A program made the translations under genes and the position numbers. Below, in pieces: positions 17,797 to 27,330 of a stretch of DNA of 64,000 nucleotides; within the stretch, counting starts at the first letter, position 1, and the number at the start of each line of letters is the position of its first letter. The notes under the pieces were generated by a model. That model was not told the origin of the DNA and made no database searches. It was given only the letters and a program-made list of their open reading frames with translations. The DNA comes from Candidatus Obscuribacterales bacterium (GTDB lineage: Bacteria > Cyanobacteriota > Vampirovibrionia > Obscuribacterales > Obscuribacteraceae), in assembly GCA_965228855.1 (NCBI GenBank), contig CBDDIJ010000003.1, forward strand, positions 96,001-160,000. The letters run 5' to 3'.

Positions 17797-18723
17797 GTGA
17801 ACGAACCTGTTCAGAGTGAACCGAAGCTTGTCGAGCCCATCTGGGCGTTCGTTCGTGTGATTATCTACATATTCCTTGTAGTGGTCGGCATGCTGGGCTC
17901 CGGCAATGTTATCAGCCAGAACTTCCCCGAACTCGTAACCTCCATGGGGCTTTACGGTCAGTGTGTTTCGGAAATCGTCATGCTGACGATAGGGGCCGTA
18001 CTCGCTGCGATATTCACGAGGAATGAACTGAAGAGTTTCGTCGAGGACATAGGTCTATTTCGTAATCGTGCAATACCGGAAGTTATTGTCGGTTTTTCGA
18101 TCGGCATGATTATCGTTGGCACCATGTTTGGTGTCATGTACCTTTGTGGCGGCTACTCGGTCACGAAAGTCAACTGGCCGATAGACTTTGTTCCTGCTCT
18201 TGTGCTCTACTTCTTTGCCGGTCTGACCGAAGAATTTCTTTTCCGTGGATACATCTTTCGCACGTTTGAGAAATCCGGAGGGACCATTTATGCAATTATC
18301 TTCTCGTCTCTTTGTTTTGGCTTTGCGCATTTTTTCAATATGCCTGACGACGCTTCCCTGGCGTATAAAACATACGCATGTTTGATTTTGTCCTTTGAAG
18401 CCGGTTTGCCGCTTTCCGGGGCGTTTCTACTTACGCGCAGCTTGTGGTTGGCAGTGGGATTTCACTGGGCCTGGAACTTCTTGGAGGGCACCGTATTTGG
18501 TGTTGCTGTTTCCGGTACTGATGCCGGACCGGCAATATTTACGGCACACATGACCGGAAATCAGTACATCTCCGGGGGCGTATTCGGTCCCGAAGCCGGC
18601 CTGCCGTTTTTCACCGTCGGCGTATTGACCGGTCTGGGAATGATATTCCTCGCGCTCAAACAGCGAAAATGGTCGCTTACTGCTGGGACAGATATTGGTC
18701 CAATTTCACGGACAGATCTTTAA
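17797..18723 (+). CDS. CPBP (Abi/CAAX) intramembrane metalloprotease
   Basis: Multiple TM helices; EEFLFRG, FGFAH, HWAWN motifs. Confidence 0.9.
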   Translation: MNEPVQSEPKLVEPIWAFVRVIIYIFLVVVGMLGSGNVISQNFPELVTSMGLYGQCVSEIVMLTIGAVLAAIFTRNELKSFVEDIGLFRNRAIPEVIVGFSIGMIIVGTMFGVMYLCGGYSVTKVNWPIDFVPALVLYFFAGLTEEFLFRGYIFRTFEKSGGTIYAIIFSSLCFGFAHFFNMPDDASLAYKTYACLILSFEAGLPLSGAFLLTRSLWLAVGFHWAWNFLEGTVFGVAVSGTDAGPAIFTAHMTGNQYISGGVFGPEAGLPFFTVGVLTGLGMIFLALKQRKWSLTAGTDIGPISRTDL

Positions 18724-19039
18724 GCTTGAATGGTTTCTTCAGATAGTCGTTGGCGCCGGCATCAAGACATGCGCGTTTTTCCGTCGACGAATCCATGCCC
18801 GTGAGCATAATAATTGGAGTCGTGCCGCCGCCCGCCCGAAATTTCCTGCAAATGTCCGGGCCTTCGATGCCGGGCAGATTCCAGTCCAGGATAATCAAAT
18901 CGAACGCATCGCATTCAAGCTGCTCTACCGCCTCGAAGCCGGAGTGAGCGGTTTCGACCACATGTTCCTGGTACGTTAGCCAGTCCGATACCGTCTCCGA
19001 GAGATTCTCGTCGTCTTCAACCAGTAGGATTTTTGCCAT
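18677..19039 (-). CDS. Single-domain response regulator
   Basis: MAKILLVEDD..IILDWNLP..DYLKKPF with no output domain; 3' end overlaps the convergent CPBP gene by 47 bp. Confidence 0.88.
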   Translation of the reverse strand: MAKILLVEDDENLSETVSDWLTYQEHVVETAHSGFEAVEQLECDAFDLIILDWNLPGIEGPDICRKFRAGGGTTPIIMLTGMDSSTEKRACLDAGANDYLKKPFKLKDLSVKLDQYLSQQ

Positions 19040-19217
19040 CTCTAAAGTGATTCCCGCCGCCAATACGCTTTTGCAAACCTCAACCGCTACGCGGTGCCTG
19101 ATCGAAATCAGGTAATTGAGGGGAGTTTTCAGTGAGCTGCTTCCATTATAGACTCACGGCAGGAATCCGGGCGGTGATCGACGGCAAGTTTAGTAATCTA
19201 TTTTTGAACGAGTAAAA

Positions 19218-21626
19218 CTAATGCGCTTTCTCCTGCCCGGAGGCTTCTTCCGTCTTCCTGGGCGTGTTCGGGTCGCGCGCGACCACCTGACTTCTGCCGT
19301 TCCTCTTGGCCTCATAAAGGCACTCGTCGGCGAACTTTATAAGGGTTTGCGGATTGTCACCATCTTCCGGATATGAAACCAGCCCCGCGCTGAACGAAAC
19401 GGAAAACTGTTGCCCGTTGTCACCTTCGAAGACGTGTTGTTTCAACTCTTCCAGGCAGCGCTCGAGCGCTCCTTGCGCCGTTGTTTTTTCGATGTGCCTG
19501 AATGCGACGATGAACTCCTCTCCACCCCAGCGCCCTCGTAAATCTTCTACGCGAAAACGGCGCCGAATGAGCGCGCCGAAGTAGGTCAGCACGCGGTCGC
19601 CCGCAAGGTGTCCGTAAGTATCGTTGACGTTCTTGAAGTGGTCAATGTCCAGAAGACAAATACTGAACTTCAAATTGTTGTTGCGCGATTCCGAAAATAG
19701 CGCTTGAACCTGCTCCATAAAGGCTCGTCGAATCATCAAGCCTGTTAGAACATCCTTGTCCGCCCGCTCTTTCAACATCCGAGCGCGTTCCAGTCGAACT
19801 TTCACGCGCATGAGTAACTCCGCCGGAGCCACGGGCTTCGGCAGGTAATCATCACCGCCGGCTTCGAATGCGGCAAGTCGCGCGCTCAATCCTGTTTGCG
19901 CGGTCAGGAAAAGTACGGGCAGGTCCTGCCATTGCGGCTGCTCTCGCATTTGTTGACAAACCTGGTATCCGCTTATGCCCGGCATCATCACGTCAAGTAG
20001 TACTATATCCGGTGCAAAACTGAGAATATGCTCGGCTATGTTTTCCGGAACTGTAAGCCCTTTCACAATCATTCCCTCTTTACCGAGGATGGCTCCGACC
20101 AGGCGCACGAAATCTTCGTCATCGTCGATGATTAGAATTCGAGGTCGGCCGCCGGTTCTCACGCTCAGCAAATAATCGACTGCGTTAGTTAGCATCTGTT
20201 GTTTGACCGGCTTTTCCAGGTACAGTGAGGCGCCGGCGTGCGCTGAATCGACTGGATTCGTCGGTTCTAGTTGTGTTGAAACGAAGGCGACCGGCAGATT
20301 CTCATTGCCCGGCAGACCACGAATTGTTCTCGCCAGGCTAATACCTGGAGCCGGAGTGCCCTGGTCTATGTCAATGAGTACGGCATCTAGCGCCAGAGTC
20401 TTAGCTGTAGTCAGGGCGTCTTCAAAGTTGGATGTGGGAATTATTTTCACCGGTAATCCATCAGCCTGGCGCTCCATCGAAGGAACTCCTTCGGCGGACA
20501 TTATGAGAACACGGATAGAAGTTGGATCTTCGGTGAGCGGAAGCAATCGCTCTGTCATGTCTTCTTCCATGATCAGACCGGTCGTTTGCGGTGTCGTCAC
20601 TACATGCGGTGGCGTTCCCGTTGACGCTGTCGCAGGACGAGCAGCTGCACCGAGCGGCTGATCATCGGCAATAATGGCTTTGTTGACTGGCTTGCCTAGC
20701 GCTTTGGCTGCGGCTTCATCGATACTTACGCCGTCCAGAAGAAATGGGTTGACCGGTTTTTTGACCGCACTTTGACCCGGTTCTACATAGACGCCTCCAG
20801 GGTACATGGCGCCTTCGTCTTTCTGTACAGGAGCCTTAATGCCAGCGCTGAGTTCCTTCAGCTTTGTGCCTATTTCCACAGCTTCGCTGTCTTTTGAAGA
20901 AGAGATCACGTTTGCGACTTGAACGACATAGTCCAGAAAATTTTGAACTTCATCCCAGGATGTTTCGTTGTCAAACAGCCCTGAAGCATTCATTGCCTTC
21001 AGTGCCGATTCCAAATGTGCCGATGCTTCACTGAGTTCAATCAAACCGCACGAGCCGGATGTGCCCTTCAGGTTATGCGCGAGCCTGATCGCCTCTTCCA
21101 TATAACGCGATTCTGTTCTCTCGGCGCGGGCTGCGTCGTATGCTTCTGTCAGTTTCTTAATTCGCTCAGGAAGCACAATTATGTATTTCGACTTGAGTGC
21201 CTGGATCGCCTCGAAGTGCAACTCTTCGGCAGAGAGCTGAGCCTTCTTCGGCTGCGCTCCTGTTTCTAAAAGCGAATCCACTTGCGCGCCGAAGATGCTT
21301 GCCTTCAATGGTCGAATTGCCACCAGATCCACTTTCAAATCCTTGGTGAGTCGCTCGTAGAGTTCTGCTGCAGGCCAGGTTTTCGTGACCATCACGACTT
21401 TGATCTTGTTGTTCGCTTTGCGAAGTTGAACGAGAAATCCGATGCCATCAATGTCATCGAGTTGATCTCCCACCATGCAGATATCGAATGTCTTCTCCTT
21501 GATGCGGTCGATAGCGGCTCTGCCGCTGGACAGCATCTCTAACTCGTATCCTTTAGGACCGAGAATTGAAGTCACCAGCTGACCAACTGTTGCATCCGCG
21601 TCGATTTGTATTACAGTTTTGGTCAT
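19218..21626 (-). CDS. Diguanylate cyclase, REC-Hpt-REC-REC-GGDEF
   Basis: Hpt AHNLKGTSG; REC LLDVMMP; DIDHFKNVNDTYGH; I-site RVED followed by GGEEF. Confidence 0.92.
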   Translation of the reverse strand: MTKTVIQIDADATVGQLVTSILGPKGYELEMLSSGRAAIDRIKEKTFDICMVGDQLDDIDGIGFLVQLRKANNKIKVVMVTKTWPAAELYERLTKDLKVDLVAIRPLKASIFGAQVDSLLETGAQPKKAQLSAEELHFEAIQALKSKYIIVLPERIKKLTEAYDAARAERTESRYMEEAIRLAHNLKGTSGSCGLIELSEASAHLESALKAMNASGLFDNETSWDEVQNFLDYVVQVANVISSSKDSEAVEIGTKLKELSAGIKAPVQKDEGAMYPGGVYVEPGQSAVKKPVNPFLLDGVSIDEAAAKALGKPVNKAIIADDQPLGAAARPATASTGTPPHVVTTPQTTGLIMEEDMTERLLPLTEDPTSIRVLIMSAEGVPSMERQADGLPVKIIPTSNFEDALTTAKTLALDAVLIDIDQGTPAPGISLARTIRGLPGNENLPVAFVSTQLEPTNPVDSAHAGASLYLEKPVKQQMLTNAVDYLLSVRTGGRPRILIIDDDEDFVRLVGAILGKEGMIVKGLTVPENIAEHILSFAPDIVLLDVMMPGISGYQVCQQMREQPQWQDLPVLFLTAQTGLSARLAAFEAGGDDYLPKPVAPAELLMRVKVRLERARMLKERADKDVLTGLMIRRAFMEQVQALFSESRNNNLKFSICLLDIDHFKNVNDTYGHLAGDRVLTYFGALIRRRFRVEDLRGRWGGEEFIVAFRHIEKTTAQGALERCLEELKQHVFEGDNGQQFSVSFSAGLVSYPEDGDNPQTLIKFADECLYEAKRNGRSQVVARDPNTPRKTEEASGQEKAH

Positions 21627-22312
21627 TGATGGTCCTTTTGCGGTTTCCCGGCTGCTTTGACAGCCGTCGTTTTTTCAGTTTTTGTTTTGTCAAAATCGAT
21701 AGCGCACGAATTTATGCAATAGCGAAGATGTGTGGGTTCCGGACCGTCTAGAAAAACGTGTCCCAGATGACTGTCACATTTGCTGCAAACGACTTCCTGG
21801 CGATAATGGTCCGGTATTTCCTCGACGGCATCGTTTCGAATGGCGGCCCAGAAACTTGGCCAGCCGGTTCCCGAATCGAATTTTTCTTTAGAACTAAACA
21901 GCTCATTGCCGCAGCCAACACACTTGTAGACGCCAAGATCGTGCGTATTCCAGTACTTCCCGGTAAACGCAATCTCCGTTCCCTTTTCCCTTGTCACGTG
22001 AAATTGCTCGGGAGTGAGTAGATTCCGCCACTCATCATTTGACCTCTGGACCTTGCCTGCGTTTCGATGTGGAACATCAGCCATGGCAGATCTATTGACT
22101 GCGTTCGGTCTCGGCCCCTCTGCCGTACCCGCGTACTTAAGTTCATATCGTGGCGAACTCGAGCAGGAAGCGCATGTCACCGCGCACAAAAGAAACGCGA
22201 AATGCGAATGCGCACCCGTCTTATAAATTCCTCGCGAATTGAGGAAAGAGAGGCGTTTGACCTGGTAAGTTGTCTGCCCTTTTGTCGACACTGTTCCCCC
22301 CGTGTCGGGCAT
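21623..22312 (-). CDS. msrB: Methionine-R-sulfoxide reductase with N-terminal extension (start uncertain)
   Basis: KGTE, CVGC, SGTGWPSF, CSKC, HLGHVFLDGP, RYCINS. Confidence 0.92.
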   Translation of the reverse strand: MPDTGGTVSTKGQTTYQVKRLSFLNSRGIYKTGAHSHFAFLLCAVTCASCSSSPRYELKYAGTAEGPRPNAVNRSAMADVPHRNAGKVQRSNDEWRNLLTPEQFHVTREKGTEIAFTGKYWNTHDLGVYKCVGCGNELFSSKEKFDSGTGWPSFWAAIRNDAVEEIPDHYRQEVVCSKCDSHLGHVFLDGPEPTHLRYCINSCAIDFDKTKTEKTTAVKAAGKPQKDHQ

Positions 22313-22535
22313 TTGTTTGTTCTTTCGCCCCGCCTTGCCATGGTTTTCAGCGAAAGGAGCACCTGTGCGCTCATCTAGTAATTACCCAGTATTTGGAACT
22401 TCGATACACAGAGCAACTTTTGATGAAGCGATAGTCGTCCGCTGTTCACGACAAGCGCGTTCAATGACGTTTTATTCTGCCTCCTGGTCTGTCACAAGTT
22501 ACTCGCAGGAGCGATGAAACTTGTATGATGGTTAA

Positions 22536-22778
22536 ATGAATCCGCTGCTTACTGCTTTTCTGTTTGTAATGGCGCTACTGGCGATTGCCACTGCGTGTGC
22601 GCTTCTTACGTACGTTTATGGCGAACTGCAACGAAACAAGAAGGCTCTGGATGCAGAGAAACGCCATGCGGCGGAAGTTGAGAACGAAGTACGCCAGGTC
22701 GCAAGCCTGCTTATGAAGATGCAGGCATCGACGCTGTCTACGTTGGCCGAATCCCATAAGTCATCGGACGCGGACTAG
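22536..22778 (+). CDS. Small single-TM coiled-coil protein
   Basis: 80 aa; hydrophobic N-terminal helix followed by a heptad-like charged segment; fills an intergenic gap. Confidence 0.6.
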   Translation: MNPLLTAFLFVMALLAIATACALLTYVYGELQRNKKALDAEKRHAAEVENEVRQVASLLMKMQASTLSTLAESHKSSDAD

Positions 22779-22794
22779 CGTGACGGTGTCATGG

Positions 22795-24744
22795 TTATAA
22801 GCTCTTGACCGGCGATTTAGCTCCACTCGTTACCGTGAGCGCAAAAGCTTGCCCGTCGTGGAGCTTAATTGAAACCTTGTTTGATGATTCAGCTGGTTGC
22901 GAAGTTTGATGTTTCGGACTCTTCTTTAATAGTCTTCGTTTTCGCTGATGGATTCTGTTTCCCGAAAGATTCTTGATCGTTGTTTTCACGATTTCATAAC
23001 CCATTGTCATCATCGCTGCGAGAAAAACAACCACCATCATCGTGCTTGCCGTACTTCTGAAAAGTCTTTTGGTTAGGCGTTGTAGCACTGTTTGTTGAGA
23101 GGTGGTGTTGCCGCGATTTGCAGCCTCCTTCGCCAGAGCGTCCAGCAGTTCGTCCCTGCTTACGAAATCAGCGGCCGGCGTGGATTCCGGAGTGTGAGCC
23201 GACATTGGTCGCCAGTCCGTGTCTTTTTGATCGAGTTTATTCAACAGGTTGTCGACTGGTGTAACCTGCCCCCAGTCCGTCCGTGTTGTTGATTCTACGG
23301 CAAAAACGAGCTCGTGAATTGCGTTTTCGTCCTCCAGATCTGCCGGCGATTCAGGAAGGTTCGGATACAGAGAAAGTATGTAATTCAAATTCAATCGAAA
23401 CAATGTGTCGGGAAGACTGTAGTCATCGCGCTTAATCGTAAAGTATTGAAATTCGCCGTCCGCCATTGAAATCAGCCGTCTCAGCGCTTCGTAACCAACC
23501 CTCTGTTTCAGTCCTTGTAAACGCGCACCGATGACTTGTCGCCCGTCTCTAATTACGATAACGCCGGTAAAAGGAGGTTCTTGTGATTGTAGTTTTAAAA
23601 TAGAATCGCCCGGATAACCGAGTTCGTTGATTTGTTCAAGAACACTGTTCAAGCGCTGTTCGTACGAAAGTTGTCCCTGGGAAACAACCACAAACTCTTT
23701 TTGAGTGTCTTTTTTAATTAGCTGATCGAACCAGTCTTCGTTGGATTGAACCGAGGAAGTCGATTTGCTTGTTCGGCAAAGCGGTTCCTTGCCCTGCTCC
23801 ACAAGCTGCAAATCGGATCTGAGATCGAACATGTTTTGATATCGATCGTCCGGTTTTTTCTCGAGGCAATGTGCCACCACTCTGTCGAGATACAGCGGGC
23901 AATTTTTCGCTACTTTCTTCAGATTGATCGGTTGTGAGTAGACATGATGCATGGCGAGCTGTAACGCGTTGTCCGCTTTGAATGGCAATCTTCCTGCCAG
24001 TGCTTCGAACATCACGCAACCCAGTGAGTAGATGTCCGAGCGCGCATCAATCTGCTTGCCCTGTACCTGCTCGGGGCTCATGTACGATGGGCTGCCGACA
24101 GTTTGTCCTTGCTTGGTCAACACGTGGGTCTGATCGTCGTTATCTGTTGGGTAAAGGAGCTTGGCGATTCCGAAGTCGACAAGTTTGGCCCAAACCTCGC
24201 CATCACCCGTGGTGGTAAGCAATATGTTGCTTGGTTTTACATCGCGATGAACGACGCCGCGAGAATGAGCATGAACGAGGGCACCGCTCACTTGAATAAA
24301 TGTGGGAAAGAAAATTGAGAGCGGAACGGGTCCCGACTTGCGCAGAACTTTTGATAGATCGATTCCGTCCACATAATCCATAATCAGGTACGGAACACCT
24401 TCGGGTGAGATGTCGTAGCTGCGTACAGAGACGATATTGGGATGGTTCAAGTCACGGGCCGCACGAGCCTCCTGACGGAAACGCTTATGACTGATATCGT
24501 TTGTCGCGATTTCAGGGCGAATTATTTTGATCGCGAGTAGCTCACCTGCGACCACATCGCGAACTTTGTAAATCGCCGCCATGCCACCAATTCCAATCTT
24601 GTCGACGATCTCATAGCGATCCGCAAATGTGCCCGCATTGCCTTTTGGAAAGCCAGACTTGATCGCCTTCTGGGCGGACTTGTCCTCGGGTTGATTTAAC
24701 CCGGGAGCTGTTTTTGATTTTGAATCTTTTTGATTCATTATCAC
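22795..24744 (-). CDS. Hanks-type Ser/Thr kinase with DUF4388/PatA_N-like domain and C-terminal TM
   Basis: GIGGMA, AIK, HRDVKPSN, DFG, YMSPEQ; later GVIVIRDG..GYEALRRLISMADGEF; TM near the C-terminus. Confidence 0.9.
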   Translation of the reverse strand: MIMNQKDSKSKTAPGLNQPEDKSAQKAIKSGFPKGNAGTFADRYEIVDKIGIGGMAAIYKVRDVVAGELLAIKIIRPEIATNDISHKRFRQEARAARDLNHPNIVSVRSYDISPEGVPYLIMDYVDGIDLSKVLRKSGPVPLSIFFPTFIQVSGALVHAHSRGVVHRDVKPSNILLTTTGDGEVWAKLVDFGIAKLLYPTDNDDQTHVLTKQGQTVGSPSYMSPEQVQGKQIDARSDIYSLGCVMFEALAGRLPFKADNALQLAMHHVYSQPINLKKVAKNCPLYLDRVVAHCLEKKPDDRYQNMFDLRSDLQLVEQGKEPLCRTSKSTSSVQSNEDWFDQLIKKDTQKEFVVVSQGQLSYEQRLNSVLEQINELGYPGDSILKLQSQEPPFTGVIVIRDGRQVIGARLQGLKQRVGYEALRRLISMADGEFQYFTIKRDDYSLPDTLFRLNLNYILSLYPNLPESPADLEDENAIHELVFAVESTTRTDWGQVTPVDNLLNKLDQKDTDWRPMSAHTPESTPAADFVSRDELLDALAKEAANRGNTTSQQTVLQRLTKRLFRSTASTMMVVVFLAAMMTMGYEIVKTTIKNLSGNRIHQRKRRLLKKSPKHQTSQPAESSNKVSIKLHDGQAFALTVTSGAKSPVKSL

Positions 24745-25281
24745 GACGCTTTCAAGTCCTTCTGCGCAAGCACCATAAGTAGTGCCGGCACACTTGTAGC
24801 ATGCCCAAATATTCGGTAAAAACTAACGGTGCAGCGACTGGATGCCGCGATTTCGGCATCAGCAGTAGCTAAAAATGAAACAGCGGCAGTGCTGTTAGCG
24901 GTTCTGTTAAGTGGTAGGCTTCGGGGGCGCCAGCCGGCTATTTAGACATTATGAGACCAGCTAATCCCAGTCTATCCCTGACCCGGACAAACTGTAAATC
25001 ACCACTTAGTTGTACGCGAAATAGCGTATGGTTTCGTCGCCGTTCGGATACAACTTTTGAAAGCTGTAACTTCACTGGTATTTCCGTGTCCTTGGGAATC
25101 GTCGAGCTTTGAGATGGTCGCAGGGGTTTCGAAACAGGCGAAACTGAGTCGTCGATTTGTTCCGAAAGATTACGCCGGGATGCCCGTTTTCTGGTAGCCT
25201 CAGGCGGTCTTTTGTAAGATCCTTTCGTCCGCAGGCTCAGCCGGGACCGAAAGAAACCAAAGGTATCGCCGGGAGGCAATT

Positions 25282-27192
25282 GTGTCTAACAAGAAAATAG
25301 CTAGAAACGCGGTCAACTCAGCGCTAGCACTGTCGTGCTTGCTCGCGAGTTCGTCCCAAATCGCCTCGGCGCAGGTTCCGATGCCCGGAAGCGGCACACA
25401 AACGCCCGCCATCCGTCCTGCATCAGACATCGACTACTCCGGTAACGTCGCGCACAACGTTTCGACAGCAGATAAGTTGTTATCCCAGGGCAAATATTCG
25501 CAAGCCGAAGATGCTTTCCGAGACACACTGGTCAACAATCCCGCCGACATAAATGCTACTGCGGGGCTTGGAATCGCGCTCGCCAAGCAGTTCAAGCTTG
25601 ATGGCGCTGATGAAATGTTCGAGCGCGTTTTGAGACAAGACCCAAACAACGCAGCCGCGTATGCCGGTAAGGCCACCATTTTGTTAAACCGCTTGCAGTC
25701 CTCGTCCGGAACGATTCGCTCCAACCGTGACTCGTTTTTGAAACAAGCCGAAGAATACGCACAACGAGCGGTAACGCTGGCTCCAGCTTCTGCAGAAGCG
25801 CACTTCACTCTGGGCCAAACCTACAAGGAACAGGGGAGAGATAACGAGGCCGCCAGCGAGTTTCGTACCGCAACCTCACTTGATCCTCAGCACTCCAACG
25901 CATACTGCCAACTCGGTCATATCAAGCTTGCCCAGAACAGTCTGGAGGAAGCGGCGGAAGATTTTAAACGTTCAATCGATCTGAACTCCGGTAATTCAAG
26001 TGCTCACTATGGTTTGGGCGCTACTTACTTGAAAAACAATCAGACTGATGATGCGGTTAAGGAACTGAATACTGCCCTTTATCAGTTCCCGAATGCCTGG
26101 CCGACGCACATGGCGCTCGGAGAAGCTTATCAAAAGCAGGGGAACGAAGTCGCGGCGGTAAAAGAGTATCAAGCTTCGATTGCTATCAAACCTGAAAATG
26201 CCGATCCTTATCTCCGAATTGCCGATATCAGAGAAAATCGCGGCGATCTTGAAATGGCAATCGCGGACCTGCGGTCCGGTCTCACGCAGATGCCCTACAA
26301 CGTTGAGCTTCGCCAGCGCATTGCCGATACGTGCTTGAAACTCGAAAAAGCTGACGACGCCATCAAGGGCTACAGAACCATTTTGCAGATGAGTCCGAAC
26401 GATAATCGCGCCGTCAAGGGATTGAGTCAGGCGTTGTATCTCAAGGCACAGAAAGCCGCTGTCGGAGCGCTGCTTGCTTCCAACGATTATGAGTCCGCTA
26501 TGAAAACTCTGGATGAGGCAATCAAGCTGAATCAAGATGATATGGAGTTGCGTCTCTCTCAGGCGAAACTGATGTCATTGAGTGGCACAAAACCCGACCT
26601 CGCCAAGATCGGAACGCCGTCCAACGACGGAGAAAGACTTGCTGCTGCCGAAGCGCTGATGGCTCAAGGCAACTTCCAGCAGTGCTCACAATACATGCAA
26701 GACATCATCACTCGTTTGAATGATCCTAAGCAAAGTTTTGCAGTGGCAGATGTCGCACTGATGATCAAGGATCTTGATGACGCCGAGGCTGCTTACAAAA
26801 AGGCGCAGAGCCTCTCTGGCAGTCCCGATCGCGTCACTCGCGGATTGGCTGAAGTTAGTCGGCTTCGAAAGTCTTCGAGCGATGATGTGAAAGTCGCCGA
26901 CGAATTGGCGAAAAAGAATCAGTGGGATGGTGCGCTTGACCGTTATCGTCAAGCCTCAGGTACCAATCCAAAGAATCCTGAAGCCAGGCTCGGTTTGGCA
27001 CGATCGCTAGAGAAGAAAAAGAAACCTTCGTCAGCAAATCTCGCTGAGTCCGCGTCGCAGTATGAGAACTATCTAGCTCTGAAAACCGACTTGCCGGCCA
27101 AGGACGCTGAAAACTATCGCAAAAACATTGCGAAGTTAAAGGAGAAATCAGCGGAAATGGCACAGAAGGAACAAAAGAATAAGGCCGGCTAG
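25282..27192 (+). CDS. Secreted TPR repeat protein
   Basis: Signal peptide; many 34-aa TPR units (AHFTLG, AHYGLG). Confidence 0.9.
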   Translation: MSNKKIARNAVNSALALSCLLASSSQIASAQVPMPGSGTQTPAIRPASDIDYSGNVAHNVSTADKLLSQGKYSQAEDAFRDTLVNNPADINATAGLGIALAKQFKLDGADEMFERVLRQDPNNAAAYAGKATILLNRLQSSSGTIRSNRDSFLKQAEEYAQRAVTLAPASAEAHFTLGQTYKEQGRDNEAASEFRTATSLDPQHSNAYCQLGHIKLAQNSLEEAAEDFKRSIDLNSGNSSAHYGLGATYLKNNQTDDAVKELNTALYQFPNAWPTHMALGEAYQKQGNEVAAVKEYQASIAIKPENADPYLRIADIRENRGDLEMAIADLRSGLTQMPYNVELRQRIADTCLKLEKADDAIKGYRTILQMSPNDNRAVKGLSQALYLKAQKAAVGALLASNDYESAMKTLDEAIKLNQDDMELRLSQAKLMSLSGTKPDLAKIGTPSNDGERLAAAEALMAQGNFQQCSQYMQDIITRLNDPKQSFAVADVALMIKDLDDAEAAYKKAQSLSGSPDRVTRGLAEVSRLRKSSSDDVKVADELAKKNQWDGALDRYRQASGTNPKNPEARLGLARSLEKKKKPSSANLAESASQYENYLALKTDLPAKDAENYRKNIAKLKEKSAEMAQKEQKNKAG

Positions 27193-27257
27193 AAAGCTAT
27201 TTCCGGTCCTCATGGTGCCTTCCGGATCATTGATCGGTCAAAACGGAAACAAAAACG

Positions 27258-27290
27258 AAACGCGTTCTCTTTGTGAGAACGCGTTTTTTT
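27258..27290. terminator. Intrinsic terminator between convergent genes
   Basis: AAACGCGTTCTC-5 nt-GAGAACGCGTTTTTTT. Confidence 0.8.
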
Positions 27291-27330
27291 CAAACCGTCT
27301 TTAAGTAAGCGCTCGCGGATCTTCTCCTGA

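Noticed and set aside
24750..25280. Possible ncRNA or small ORF in a long intergenic gap
   Set aside because: Only short isolated hairpins; consistent with a divergent promoter region.
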